Origin: Rhodothermales bacterium
GTDB lineage: Bacteria; Bacteroidota; Rhodothermia; Rhodothermales; UBA10348
Length of the DNA: 64,000 nt
Direction of reading: 5' to 3'
Assembly: GCA_017643395.1 (NCBI GenBank)
Contig: JAEPNP010000001.1
Span: 1,739,806 to 1,803,805, forward strand
In this document: in pieces, positions 8,524 through 17,847 of the stretch
Layout: the number at the start of each line of letters is the position of its first letter
How positions within the stretch are numbered: position 1 is the stretch's first letter
Position numbers and translations under genes: made by a program
Notes under the pieces: model-generated
Databases searched by the model: none
The model's input: only the letters and a program-made list of their open reading frames with translations
Told to the model about the DNA's origin: nothing

Positions 8524-8570
8524 CGCGTTCCCTGTGCCGTCTGCGCGGTTTCAGGTGCGGTGCCCGGCGC

Positions 8571-8698
8571 GAGGCCGCCGGTGCGGGGCCGCCCGTGCGG
8601 ACGTGAACCCGAGGGGCCGCCCGTGCGGACGTGAACCCGAGGGGCCGCCCGTGCGGACGTGGAACCGCGGGGCCGCCCGTGCGGACGTGGAACCGCGG
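8571..8698. repeat. head-to-tail tandem array of a 28-bp unit (about 4.5 copies)
   Basis: Units GGCCGCCCGTGCGGACGTG(A/G)AACC(C/G)(G/C)(A/G)GG start at 8587, 8615, 8643 and 8671, with a partial unit at 8571. There are no spacers between units. Confidence 0.9.
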
Positions 8699-8825
8699 GG
8701 CCTCTTTCCACTTCGCCCGCGATGCCCGGCGTCTCGATATGTAATAGGGGCCTCGATCCCACAACGCGCTCCTGGCACGGGGGCGTAAGGTGGACTCGGC
8801 GGCGTCTTTTCCACTCACGCTGCAG
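8671..8825 (+). repeat. dispersed hairpin-module element, copy A
   Basis: Contains GTGGAA-N13-TTCCAC (8687-8711), ...CGATATGTAATAGGGGCCTCGATCCCACAAC..., and GTGGAC-N13-TTCCAC (8790-8814). By eye it aligns at about 80 percent identity with copy B at 9910-10065. A C-rich tract follows to about 8930. Confidence 0.75.
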
Positions 8826-8931
8826 CCCGCCATGGCGTCTGGCCGCTCCTCTGGCCCCCGCCGCAGCCCGTCAACGCGCCGTCGCCCTGCGCCCCGGCGC
8901 ACCGCACCCGCGCGAAAGCGAACCAGAGCGT

Positions 8932-9747
8932 CTACCTGGCCCCCAACGGGAGTCCACCGGAGTTCTTCCAGACAAGCCGAAGCGAGGAAGTTGTGTCCTC
9001 CAGCTCAAATGCGTCCCGCAACCTGGAAGCAGCCGATGAAACGGTAGGTGCCAGCGAGAATGTCAGTTTCCCCGCGACCACTGTCGGGCATGCCAATCGG
9101 TAAACGTCTCCGTCGCGGAGGCGCAACTCGTGCACGCTTCCCTCTGAGACCAACGCCGTCACAGAGTCTTGCCAGATGACGTTGCGCTGCGCCTCCCGTC
9201 GCAATAGGGTGAAGGCGGCACCCGGCCCGAGTTTGAGTTCGGAATCCGAGTTGATCTGCGTCTCCGAACCTTTCGCATCAAAGCCCGACACAACGAACCA
9301 CGAACCCGTCCAATCTAGCCAGGCGTCGCGCGGAAGTTCAGTTTCGGTCAGCCCGGTCTCCGGGTACAGGCGCCTGTTGGTCCACAGGCCATCCGGAGTG
9401 TGGAACGCGAAGCCGTAGGGCTGCCGGCTGATCGAAGAGAGTATTTTCCCACGCGACGACAGGTACGTCCATCCACTGTCCCGGCCTGCGACAATTGATC
9501 CGGCCGGCCATGTGTAGGTCTGACCGGCCCATAGACGGCCTGCCTGTGAGATGATTTCATGGACCCCAAATGAGTCGTCGCCCCTCCTGTACACGGAAAA
9601 CATGCGGAGGTACTGCCGACACGCCGTGTCCAGGTCTTCGACATATGAGCCAAGCATGTCGTCGGGAAGTGAACTCGACTCCATGTCCAGCTGCGTGGAA
9701 GGCGTGCAGGCCGCCAGGGCGAGCGCAACGGTGGCGCAGAAGGCCAT
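8932..9747 (-). CDS. hypothetical lipoprotein
   Basis: ORF 8932..9879 trimmed to ATG 9747, giving the lipobox MAFCATVALALAAC. No recognisable domain. Flanked on both sides by direct copies of the hairpin-module repeat. Confidence 0.6.
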   Translation of the reverse strand: MAFCATVALALAACTPSTQLDMESSSLPDDMLGSYVEDLDTACRQYLRMFSVYRRGDDSFGVHEIISQAGRLWAGQTYTWPAGSIVAGRDSGWTYLSSRGKILSSISRQPYGFAFHTPDGLWTNRRLYPETGLTETELPRDAWLDWTGSWFVVSGFDAKGSETQINSDSELKLGPGAAFTLLRREAQRNVIWQDSVTALVSEGSVHELRLRDGDVYRLACPTVVAGKLTFSLAPTVSSAASRLRDAFELEDTTSSLRLVWKNSGGLPLGAR

Positions 9748-9909
9748 GCGCCAGGCCTCTCCCACAACGGCTTGCAGGCGCCCTCTCGGGCAAGCTTTGG
9801 AAGGCGGGCGTTCGGCGGACCGGATTCTGCCTTTTTGCGCCTTCGTCGTTTGGGGTTGTTCTCTGAGTCCATCCTTCATTCTCGCATATTACAGTCCCGC
9901 CCGGCGCAA

Positions 9910-10065
9910 GGCCGCCCGTGCGTAGGTGGAACCGTGGGGCCTTTTTCCACGTGGCGTCATGGCGCCCGGCCCCTCGATGTGTAATAGGGGCCTCTATCCC
10001 ACAACGTGCCCCTCGGTACGGGCCTTGGAGTGGACTCGGCGGCGATTTTTCCACTTAAGCCGCCC
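9910..10065 (+). repeat. dispersed hairpin-module element, copy B
   Basis: GGCCGCCCGTGCGTAGGTGGAACCGTGGGGCCTTTTTCCAC...CGATGTGTAATAGGGGCCTCTATCCCACAAC...GTGGACTCGGCGGCGATTTTTCCAC. Same order and orientation as copy A. Confidence 0.75.
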
Positions 10066-10205
10066 CAGCCGCGTGGCCGGCCCGCCGCGCCGCCGCAATG
10101 GCCCGACCGCGCCGCCGCAGCCCGCCGCGCCGCCGGCCGCGCCGCCGGCCGCCGCGCTGGCCCGCCGCCCCCGGCCGCCGCCCGCCGCCGCGCCGCTGGC
10201 GTTCC
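10066..10205. repeat. C-rich low-complexity tract (CCGCCG-type) attached to repeat copy B
   Basis: Runs of GCCGCC/CCGCCG with very few G-only stretches on the + strand. It translates to the [12 protein letters not shown] artefact in ORF 9926..10708. Confidence 0.7.
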
Positions 10206-10252
10206 GCCTCACCAATCCCTACTGTACGAGTCAGCCCAACACGCCATCGCAT

Positions 10253-10708
10253 ATGAGCCAGTACACGCTCACCGTCAACGGCCGTGACGTCACGGTCGAT
10301 GTAGAACCCGACACGCCGGTCCTGTGGGTCCTGCGGGACCATCTGGGCCTTGTGGGCGCCAAGTACGGGTGCGGGGTCGCGCAATGCGGGGCCTGCACGG
10401 TGCACCTGAACGGGTCCGCCGTGCGCTCGTGTTCGATTCCGGTGTCCGGGGTCGCGGGTCAGCGCATCACGACCATCGAAGGGCTGTCCGAGCGGGGCGA
10501 TCATCCGCTCCAGAAGGCGTGGCTGGAGCATGACGTGCCGCAGTGCGGCTACTGCCAGGCCGGGCAGATCATGAATGCCGCGGCGCTCCTGGCCTCAAAT
10601 CCGTCGCCGACCGACAACGAGATTGACGAGGCCATGCACGGCAATATCTGTCGATGCGGGACCTACACCCGCATTCACGCCGCCATCAAGACCGCGGCCG
10701 CCGAGTAG
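10253..10708 (+). CDS. (2Fe-2S)-binding small subunit of a molybdopterin aldehyde/isoquinoline oxidoreductase (IorA-like)
   Basis: ORF trimmed to ATG 10253 ([11 protein letters not shown]...). Two cluster motifs are present: [11 protein letters not shown] and [11 protein letters not shown]...CRCGTY. Confidence 0.9.
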   Translation: MSQYTLTVNGRDVTVDVEPDTPVLWVLRDHLGLVGAKYGCGVAQCGACTVHLNGSAVRSCSIPVSGVAGQRITTIEGLSERGDHPLQKAWLEHDVPQCGYCQAGQIMNAAALLASNPSPTDNEIDEAMHGNICRCGTYTRIHAAIKTAAAE

Positions 10709-10737
10709 CGCTCCGCCCATCCCAGACCCGCACAGCC

Positions 10738-12966
10738 GTGGCTACCGTCAAGACTACCCTCAATCGTCGTTCGTTTCTCAAGGCTTCCGCGCTCGCCGGG
10801 GGTGGCCTGGTCATTGGGTTCAACTGGATGGCCGGATGTCGTCCGCAGGAGCCCGAGATGGTGATGCCGGACGAGTGGTTCGACATCAACGGCTATGTGA
10901 GCATCGGTAACAACGGGGTGGTGACCATCACAGCACCCAATCCGGAGTTCGGTCAGAACGTCAAGACGTCGATGCCGATGATCGTGGCCGAGGAGCTCGA
11001 TGTCGACTGGAGGCACGTGCTGGTGGAGCAGGCCCGGTTTGATGCGGCGGTATTTCCGCGGCAGTTCACGGGGGGCAGCCAGGGCATCCGCCGGGCGTGG
11101 TCAGGGCTGCGCATGGCTGGAGGGGCTGCTCGGCACATGCTCCGGCAGGCCGCGGCGGACGCTTGGCAGGTCCCGTTCGATGAGGTCACAGCAGAAGCCG
11201 GCGTGCTGCGACATGCCGCCAGCGGCAATGAGGCCGGTTACGGTGAGATGGCGCAGGCGGCATCGGCCGTCCCCGTGCCCGCGGAAGTCGAGCTCAAGGA
11301 CGCGTCGGATTTCCGAATCATCGGCACGTCTCGCAAGAACGTCGACGCGAAGGACATTGTGACGGGCAAGCCGCTTTTCGCCATCGACCGGCAGGAAGAA
11401 GGCATGCTGGTGGCGATGATCGTGCACCCTCCGGCATTCGGCATGCAGCTGAGGTCGGTCGATGGGACCTCAGTCCGGTCCATGCCGGGCATCCGGGACG
11501 TCTTCTCCTTCAAGACCTACAATGACGACTACCAGCCCAATTTCTTCGATACGAACGCCTTTCCGGAGCTGGTAGCGGTCGTCGGTGAGACCACATGGCA
11601 GGTACTCAAGGCGAAGCGGGCCCTGCAGGCCGAGTGGCAACCCATCCCGGCAGGAGGGACGGTGCCCCAGGGACTCGAGAACTCGGAGGACCACAAGCGC
11701 CGCATGGAGGAGATGGCGGCGAGACCCGGCCAGATCGCCAGACGCGATGGAAACCCCGAGGCCGCGTTCACCCGGGCCGCCCGGGTGATCGAGCGCAGCT
11801 ACACGGCCCCGTACCTCGCGCACAACCCGATGGAGCCCATCAACTGCGTGGCGCACGTTACCGAAGACCACGCCGACCTGGCAGGTCCGGTGCAGGCCCC
11901 GGAGATCATCGAGCGCACGCTGTCGGCGCGATTGGGATTGCCCGTCGAAGCCATCGAAATCCACCCGACACGCATGGGTGGAGGGTTCGGTCGTCGCGCC
12001 TACAGTCACTACATGGTGGAAGCCGCAGTTATCTCGCAGCAGGTCGGCGCCCCGGTCAAGCTGATCTACACGCGGGAGGACGATATGACCTACGGGATCT
12101 ATCGGCCGACCTATCACGCCACCTATCGGGCAGCGCTGGATGCGGACGACAACCTGATCGCGTTTCACGTCAAGGCCGGAGGCATTCCCGAGACCCCGCT
12201 GTTTGCCAACCGATTCCCGGCCGGCGCCGTTGAGAACTATCTCGCCGAGTCATGGGCCATTCCCTCAAACATCACGATAGGTGCCTTCCGCGCGCCGCGT
12301 TCGAATTTCATCGCCGGGGCGGAGCAGTCCTTCCTGGATGAATTGGCCGAGGCCATGGGCAAGGACCCCATCGCTCTCCGCATGGAGATGCTGGACCGGG
12401 CACAGAACGATCCGGTGGGGCAGGGCAACGACTACGACGCGGCCCGGCTTGCCGGTGTGCTCGATCTGGTGCGCGAAAAGTCTGGCTGGGGTGAGACGGC
12501 TTCAGCGGATGTGCATCGTGGCGTGGCCGCCTACTTCTGCCACAACTCCTACGCGGCGCACGTGCTCGACCTGTCCATGCGGGACGGCACGCCGGTGGTG
12601 GAACGGGTTTGCTGCGCCGTCGATTGCGGCATTGTCGTCAACCCTGATGCGGCGGTCAACATGGCGGAAGGCGCGATCGTGGACGGCATCGGCAACGCGA
12701 TGTACGGGCAGCTGACATTCGAGCAGGGCGTGCCCCAGAAGCGCAATTTCGACACCTACAGGATGATCCGGCACGGGGAAGCCCCCAAGTCCATCGACGT
12801 GCATTTTGTCGACAACGGCATCGATCCGACGGGGCTCGGGGAGCCGCCCTTTCCGCCGATTTTTGGCGCGCTTGCGAATGCACTGTACCAGGCGACGGGC
12901 CGCCGACTTGCGGACCAGCCGTTTGCGCCGCAGCTGGAGCTAATGGTTCAGGAAGCGACGGGCTAG
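10738..12966 (+). CDS. molybdopterin-binding large subunit of an aldehyde/isoquinoline oxidoreductase (IorB-like), Tat-exported
   Basis: GTG start at 10738, 30 nt after the small-subunit stop, giving the twin-arginine signal VATVKTTLNRRSFLKASALAGGG. The body is typical of the xanthine-dehydrogenase-family Moco subunit (..HNPMEPINCVA.., ..GGGFGRR..). Confidence 0.9.
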   Translation: MATVKTTLNRRSFLKASALAGGGLVIGFNWMAGCRPQEPEMVMPDEWFDINGYVSIGNNGVVTITAPNPEFGQNVKTSMPMIVAEELDVDWRHVLVEQARFDAAVFPRQFTGGSQGIRRAWSGLRMAGGAARHMLRQAAADAWQVPFDEVTAEAGVLRHAASGNEAGYGEMAQAASAVPVPAEVELKDASDFRIIGTSRKNVDAKDIVTGKPLFAIDRQEEGMLVAMIVHPPAFGMQLRSVDGTSVRSMPGIRDVFSFKTYNDDYQPNFFDTNAFPELVAVVGETTWQVLKAKRALQAEWQPIPAGGTVPQGLENSEDHKRRMEEMAARPGQIARRDGNPEAAFTRAARVIERSYTAPYLAHNPMEPINCVAHVTEDHADLAGPVQAPEIIERTLSARLGLPVEAIEIHPTRMGGGFGRRAYSHYMVEAAVISQQVGAPVKLIYTREDDMTYGIYRPTYHATYRAALDADDNLIAFHVKAGGIPETPLFANRFPAGAVENYLAESWAIPSNITIGAFRAPRSNFIAGAEQSFLDELAEAMGKDPIALRMEMLDRAQNDPVGQGNDYDAARLAGVLDLVREKSGWGETASADVHRGVAAYFCHNSYAAHVLDLSMRDGTPVVERVCCAVDCGIVVNPDAAVNMAEGAIVDGIGNAMYGQLTFEQGVPQKRNFDTYRMIRHGEAPKSIDVHFVDNGIDPTGLGEPPFPPIFGALANALYQATGRRLADQPFAPQLELMVQEATG

Positions 12967-12993
12967 ACTGCTGATTCCGCCGGTTTTAGCGCC

Positions 12994-13275
12994 ATGGAAG
13001 TACACATTGAGGAGTCAGACACGAAAGGCCGGGCCTTCGTGGGCTCGAGCGATGGGCCGCAGGCCGAGATGACCTACAGTCGCGCTGGTGACGCCTTGCT
13101 GATCATCGATCACACAGAGGTCGACGACAGTCTACGTGGCACGGGCGCAGGTCGGTTTCTGCTGGACTCGGTGGTGGCGTTGGCCAGAGAGCGAGGAGTC
13201 AAAATTCTGCCGCTCTGTCCGTTCGCGCGGTCCCAGTTCGAGAAGGACGCCTCGATTCGCGACGTGCTTAGGTAG
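12994..13275 (+). CDS. small GNAT-family N-acetyltransferase (YjdJ-like)
   Basis: 93 aa. ...LLIIDHTEVDDSLRGTGAGRFLLDSVVALARERGVKILPLCPFA... matches the single-domain GNAT (Acetyltransf_CG-like) pattern. Confidence 0.8.
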   Translation: MEVHIEESDTKGRAFVGSSDGPQAEMTYSRAGDALLIIDHTEVDDSLRGTGAGRFLLDSVVALARERGVKILPLCPFARSQFEKDASIRDVLR

Positions 13276-13344
13276 TATCCGCTTCTGGCCCCAAAGGCTT
13301 GATTCGGTTACATTTACCCATGCATTGTCCTGAAGAGCTCAGTT

Positions 13345-14517
13345 ATGCGCCGTTTACTAGCAACCGTATTTCTGTTTGCCTTCGTCGCCTGTGATTCCGA
13401 TCCAAACGGTACGACGAGCCAATTCGACGACGCGACAGTCGAAGCCCTGTCATCTGCTCTCGAAGCCCAGCGCGCGGATCTGGACCTGGCCGGTGCCATC
13501 GTAGGTGTCTGGATGGGTGACGATGAGTGGACCCACACCCTAGGGCATGTTGACCGGGCCAGGAGTGCTCCGATGAGCACCGACTTGCACTTCCGCATCG
13601 GCAGTGTCACCAAGACCTTCACCGGAGAGCTGATCCTGCGCCTGGTGGATGAGGGAGTGCTCTCTCTGGACGACACCGTCGACATGTATCTGCCGGACGC
13701 CCCGCGGGCCTCAGAGGTCACCATCCGCCATCTGGGGCGCATGGAAAGCGGCTACGCGACTTACACGTTTGACCCGGACTTTCAGGCCGCCCTCTTCGCG
13801 GGCGGGAACATCACATGGCGGCCCATGGATGTGATCCAGATTGGGTGGGACAACACAGCGGCGGAATGCCCGATCGTGCCAGGCTATTGTTTTGACCCCG
13901 GGACAGACTTCGCCTACAACAATACGAATCTGGCCATGTTGGGCCTGATTGCCGAACAGGAGACCGGCACACCACTGCGTGATCTCTTTCGCACCTACCT
14001 GCTGACTCCGGCCGGTATGTCGAATACGCTGATGCCGACCAATGCCTCTTTGCCCAGTCCGTATCCCCGAGGCTATTCCACGCAGGGTCTGGCCGAGGGC
14101 TCGCGCGAGGTGCACGACGTGACGGACTGGAACCCGACCTGGGGCTACGGCACCGGCGACATGGTGTCAACCCTCGCCGACCTTCGCATATGGGCCGAAA
14201 TCATCGGTAGCGGAAGTGGTCTTTCCGCGGCCATGAGAGCCGAGCGTTTCAGGGAGTCCAGGTTTCCTCCCAACCAGCCGGGTCGAGCCTACAGCTTCGC
14301 CCTTGGTGTCAAGGACGGTTTCTGGGGACATACCGGGTCTACAACCGGGTACACGACCACGGTCAAGCACAACCCGGATCGCGGTGTGACTCTGGTCGTG
14401 CTGACCAACGGAGACCAGCATTATCGGCGTGATACCAGCGACGAGCGTCCATACACGCCGTCGGACGTGCTGGCTGATGCTGTCCTGGAAATCCTGAAGC
14501 CGGAGGGCGGCTGGTAG
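13345..14517 (+). CDS. serine hydrolase, beta-lactamase/DD-peptidase family
   Basis: Lipoprotein-like N-terminus MRRLLATVFLFAFVAC. SxxK motif in FRIGSVTKTFTGELILRLV. Length and layout fit class C beta-lactamase-like proteins. Confidence 0.85.
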   Translation: MRRLLATVFLFAFVACDSDPNGTTSQFDDATVEALSSALEAQRADLDLAGAIVGVWMGDDEWTHTLGHVDRARSAPMSTDLHFRIGSVTKTFTGELILRLVDEGVLSLDDTVDMYLPDAPRASEVTIRHLGRMESGYATYTFDPDFQAALFAGGNITWRPMDVIQIGWDNTAAECPIVPGYCFDPGTDFAYNNTNLAMLGLIAEQETGTPLRDLFRTYLLTPAGMSNTLMPTNASLPSPYPRGYSTQGLAEGSREVHDVTDWNPTWGYGTGDMVSTLADLRIWAEIIGSGSGLSAAMRAERFRESRFPPNQPGRAYSFALGVKDGFWGHTGSTTGYTTTVKHNPDRGVTLVVLTNGDQHYRRDTSDERPYTPSDVLADAVLEILKPEGGW

Positions 14518-14518
14518 G

Positions 14519-14998
14519 TCAGTCCTTCTTACGGATCCAGATACCGCCGATGGCGGCAACCAGCAGGCTGGTCACCATCGTGCCCACCACGCCGTCGAAG
14601 GCGGACCGGACTGCGGAGGTGTTTTCGGTCGCGGCAACAAGATCCTCAACCTCCGCCTCGGACAGCCCCATGTCAGCGTAGGCCGTGCGGTAACCTTCCG
14701 CCATCTCCGCGAAGTACTCGGGGAAGATCACGGTGGTGACCAGTAGCGAGCCGGCGAAGATCAGCACCGAAGCCACCGCGCCCACCACGAGGCCGTTCAG
14801 AACCTGGCCGCCCCACGTCGCATTCTGGCCGTAGGCGCGCAGGCACTGCACGACCGCGACGATGTTCAGTCCGATGGCTATCGCCAGGAAGGCAAAAGAC
14901 ATGCTGAATGTCTTGTGCCAGCCCAGCAGGGCGAAGACCAGGGTCACAACAAAAACGGAGGCGCCGAGCACGAGGCCCCAGCGGACATTGGCTTGCAT
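14519..14998 (-). CDS. DUF4199-like small membrane protein
   Basis: ORF trimmed to ATG 14998 (MQANVRWGLVLGASVFVVTLVF...). Four predicted TM helices, with a layout typical of Bacteroidota DUF4199 proteins. Confidence 0.65.
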   Translation of the reverse strand: MQANVRWGLVLGASVFVVTLVFALLGWHKTFSMSFAFLAIAIGLNIVAVVQCLRAYGQNATWGGQVLNGLVVGAVASVLIFAGSLLVTTVIFPEYFAEMAEGYRTAYADMGLSEAEVEDLVAATENTSAVRSAFDGVVGTMVTSLLVAAIGGIWIRKKD

Positions 14999-15144
14999 GG
15001 CGAGTGCCTGAATGGTGGAGGGGGGAGCAGAAGGTAGCTTGCGCACACCGAGCCTACCACCCAGTCATGAATCCCGCAGCCGCGATCGCGCACGCGCCGC
15101 GGAAGGTCCGGATCTGACAATCGGCGCGAACCGCCGCCGGTGGG

Positions 15145-15313
15145 TCGGATGACCGAGCCCGGGACTTCGAGGACCTGTTCGCGTCATTGAACGATCATGA
15201 GGTGCGATACCTGGTCGTAGGTGGCTACGCCGTGGCCGTCCAGCAAGGAGGCCGCCGCCCGACCCAAGGACCTTGAGGACGTCAGGGTCCTCAGGGCCTC
15301 CAGTCCTCACTGA
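15145..15313 (+). pseudogene. decayed remnant of a small nucleotidyltransferase-type gene (frameshifted, internally deleted)
   Basis: One frame reads ...RDFEDLFASLNDHEVRYLVVGGYAVAVQQGG and stops at 15274-15276. The +1 frame continues ARPKDLEDVRVLRASSPH*. N-terminal LNxHxVRYLVVGGYAV and C-terminal GRPKDLEDxxxL motifs are joined with the middle missing. Recognition is from memory only. Confidence 0.3.
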
Positions 15314-17780
15314 TTTCCGCTGCCCGATATACCCCGTCCGCGGCCTGCAGAACCTTGCCCTTCAGCTTCTCGGGATAGTCCTCCGGCAGGCCCTCCACGA
15401 ATGCACGCACGATGCCCGCCGCCGAGCCGGTCTGGTGTCCGTCGAGGGTCGCGTGCAGCCACCGCCCCGGGAAGAAAATGTCCCCGGTGCGCTGAATTTC
15501 GAGTGTCAGGTCCAGAGCCGGCCGAATCAGGTGCTCGGATTCCCGGGCCCGGAGCGCATGGTGCAGCATGCGCATGCCCTCCAGCACCTGGGACTCGACG
15601 GCCCTGTTCTCGACATCAGCGAGCCTGGCGAACCACGCCTCCCGCACCGCGGGATCCGGTGAGCCGGCCTCCATGGACGCCTCGAACCGACGCTTGCGGT
15701 CGCGATCAGTCAGCCGCTCCGATTGCGCCTCCAGCACATCAATTCCGCGAAGTGCCAACTCCCGAGCCATCCCGGCGTAGTCCCACTCCGAGAGAGTCAC
15801 GCCTTCAGGGGGCACTTCGCTGATCCAGATCTGCTCCATGCGGGCGATGGCCTCATTGCTCAACGCCACGTCCTGCCAGGCCTGGTACCAGGCGTTCCGC
15901 TCGCCAGGCGTCTCGGACCCGGTGCGCATGGTGTCGAAGAGGCCCTCCAGGCGGGGCGCCCATGCCTCGCGCTGGGAAGGAGCCAGCAGGCCCCAGTACA
16001 CGCCACGGATTCGGCTGCCGATGTGCTGGCGCAGCAACTCCACAGGCTCATTCGGCAACTGCAGCGATGCCTGTTCCAGGAATGCAACCGGGGAAAGCGT
16101 GCCGTTCAACACCGCGTCATGCAGTGTCAACCAGGCGGCGCCACGGTCAACCGGCGCCTCAAGGCGCGGCGCGCCTTCAAGCAGGGCCATCGCCCCTGCC
16201 GCGCCCAGCCGGTAGTCTGCGTAGCCCTGTCCGGCCGCATTGGGCAGGATGAACGCCGCGCCTTCGGGGGCGGCTTCGCCCGCTGCGACGGCCGCGGCCC
16301 CATCGCCCGAGAACACGATCGCGGTATGCTCCTGCGGCCAGGTCAGGCCGCGGCCGAACGGGTCCGATTCCTCAAACCGCAGCACGCCGTCCGCAATCTG
16401 CACGTCCACGACGGGGCGTCCTGGTTCTTCAACCCAGGCCTCGCTCCAGGAGGCCAGGTCTTCCGGCGAGCGCGCGTCCAGGATCTCGATCAGTTCGGGC
16501 CAGGTGGCGTTGCCGAACGCAAAACGCTCCAGGTATTCCCGGATTCCGTCCTGGAATGTGATCTCGCCGATGCGCTGCTCCAGCATGCGCATCACCATGG
16601 GGGCCTTCTGATAAATGATGGCGCCGTAGAGGCTGCCGGCCTCGTTCAGATTGTCCAGATCCTGCCGGATGGCGTTGGCACCTGCCGTTCGATCCACCCC
16701 GTAGGCCGAGGGGTAGTGCGAAAGCAGAAAGCGCAGCTCGTGGTCGATCTCCGGGAAGGAAGGCTGCACGATCTTCGCCGCCATGAAGTTGGCGTACACC
16801 TCTTTGGTCCAGACGTCGTCGAACCAGTCCATGGTGACCAGATCCCCGAACCACATGTGCGCCGTCTCGTGGGCGATCAGACTTGCGCGCCCCAGCTGCC
16901 TGGTGACGGGCGGATTCTCATCCAGCATGAGGCTCGAGGAGCGGTAGTAGATCGCGCCGGGGTGCTCCATGCCGCCGAACTGGAAAGACGGGATGAGTAC
17001 GAAGTCGAACTTGCCGAAGGGGTAGTCGATGGCGGTGTACTGCTCGAGCCAGGCGAGCGATGCCGCGTGCAGATCGAAGATGTCGCCTTGATTCCGGGTG
17101 ACCTTGTCGATATCCGACTCGCGGTGGTACATGGTCATCGACCTGCCGTCACGCTCCCCGGTCACGGTCTGGAATTGGCCGGCGGCGAAGGCGAACAGGT
17201 AGGTGGGAATCGGCTCGGTTTCGGCAAACTCCAGGCGGCGCGTTCCGCCGGAGAGCTCATCGCCCGTCAGCGCCCCGTTGCTGACTGCCGTCCACGCTTC
17301 GGGGATAGCCAGGGACAGGCTCCAGCGCGCCTTCAGATTGGGCTGGTCGAAAACGGGGATGGCCATGCGGGCGCGGTCCGGGACGAAGAGCGCGTAGAGG
17401 AAGTCGTCGTTGCGATTCAGCGAGGCGTCGCCGGCGGTGAAGTGGAGAGTTATCGAGTCCATCGCTCCCGGGATGACCACGTGCTCGTTGACGACCTCGA
17501 AATCCAGTCCGCCGGCGACGCTGTCCACGGTGCCAGGCACGAAGTCAAGCACGACTGGGCCGGGCGCATGCCGCTGGAACGAGACGGTGATCTCGCCGGC
17601 GATGGGCTCGGTGCGCGACTCGGGGAGCTCGAGGTGTAAACGATAGCGCACGTCCGAGAAGCGCTCGGCGCGCTCCTGAGCGAGTTGCAGCGGCACTCCG
17701 GGGGCCGGCGGCGCCGGGTTCGAGCAAGCCACGAAAGAGCCAGTCACTATCACGGACAGGAGGGCGGGAAGGCATTTCAT
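15291..17780 (-). CDS. M1-family zinc aminopeptidase, lipoprotein
   Basis: ORF trimmed to ATG 17780 (MKCLPALLSVIVTGSFVAC). GxMEN-type motif FGGMEHPG. HExxH-x18-E in AHETAHMWFGDLVTMDWFDDVWTKEVYANF. Confidence 0.9.
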   Translation of the reverse strand: MKCLPALLSVIVTGSFVACSNPAPPAPGVPLQLAQERAERFSDVRYRLHLELPESRTEPIAGEITVSFQRHAPGPVVLDFVPGTVDSVAGGLDFEVVNEHVVIPGAMDSITLHFTAGDASLNRNDDFLYALFVPDRARMAIPVFDQPNLKARWSLSLAIPEAWTAVSNGALTGDELSGGTRRLEFAETEPIPTYLFAFAAGQFQTVTGERDGRSMTMYHRESDIDKVTRNQGDIFDLHAASLAWLEQYTAIDYPFGKFDFVLIPSFQFGGMEHPGAIYYRSSSLMLDENPPVTRQLGRASLIAHETAHMWFGDLVTMDWFDDVWTKEVYANFMAAKIVQPSFPEIDHELRFLLSHYPSAYGVDRTAGANAIRQDLDNLNEAGSLYGAIIYQKAPMVMRMLEQRIGEITFQDGIREYLERFAFGNATWPELIEILDARSPEDLASWSEAWVEEPGRPVVDVQIADGVLRFEESDPFGRGLTWPQEHTAIVFSGDGAAAVAAGEAAPEGAAFILPNAAGQGYADYRLGAAGAMALLEGAPRLEAPVDRGAAWLTLHDAVLNGTLSPVAFLEQASLQLPNEPVELLRQHIGSRIRGVYWGLLAPSQREAWAPRLEGLFDTMRTGSETPGERNAWYQAWQDVALSNEAIARMEQIWISEVPPEGVTLSEWDYAGMARELALRGIDVLEAQSERLTDRDRKRRFEASMEAGSPDPAVREAWFARLADVENRAVESQVLEGMRMLHHALRARESEHLIRPALDLTLEIQRTGDIFFPGRWLHATLDGHQTGSAAGIVRAFVEGLPEDYPEKLKGKVLQAADGVYRAAEISEDWRP

Positions 17781-17847
17781 GCGGGAGAACGGGTCGGGAG
17801 CCGGTTGTTTGTAGGGGGAGATTACCTCCGGAGGGTCGCTCGGCCGA

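Noticed and set aside
8571-8698. The 28-bp repeat array, considered as a possible CRISPR array.
   Set aside because: The units are directly head to tail with no unique spacers. No cas genes are nearby. The unit is simply the first module of a dispersed repeat.
8534-8902. Small ORFs inside the repeat regions: 8534..8788, 8551..8814, 8408..8902, 8659..9039, 41481..41738, 41578..41994, 41949..42494, 42016..42408.
   Set aside because: They overlap in several frames on both strands and consist of repeat-derived R/G/P/A strings. They offer no independent coding evidence.
9926-10252. The N-terminal 109 aa of track ORF 9926..10708, including [25 protein letters not shown].
   Set aside because: This is the translation of the hairpin repeat and the C-rich tract. 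The conserved 2Fe-2S subunit begins cleanly at MSQYTL (10253).
15723-17639. Very long ORFs antisense to confidently called genes: 15723..17639, 19370..20629, 23393..24799, 25823..27082, 40229..41809, 45055..46668, 48314..49780, and also 986..1876 and 3751..4764.
   Set aside because: Their translations are Arg/Gly/Ala/Pro/His-rich with no recognisable motifs. They lie exactly opposite genes with clear catalytic signatures. These are the stop-codon-poor shadow frames expected in GC-rich DNA.
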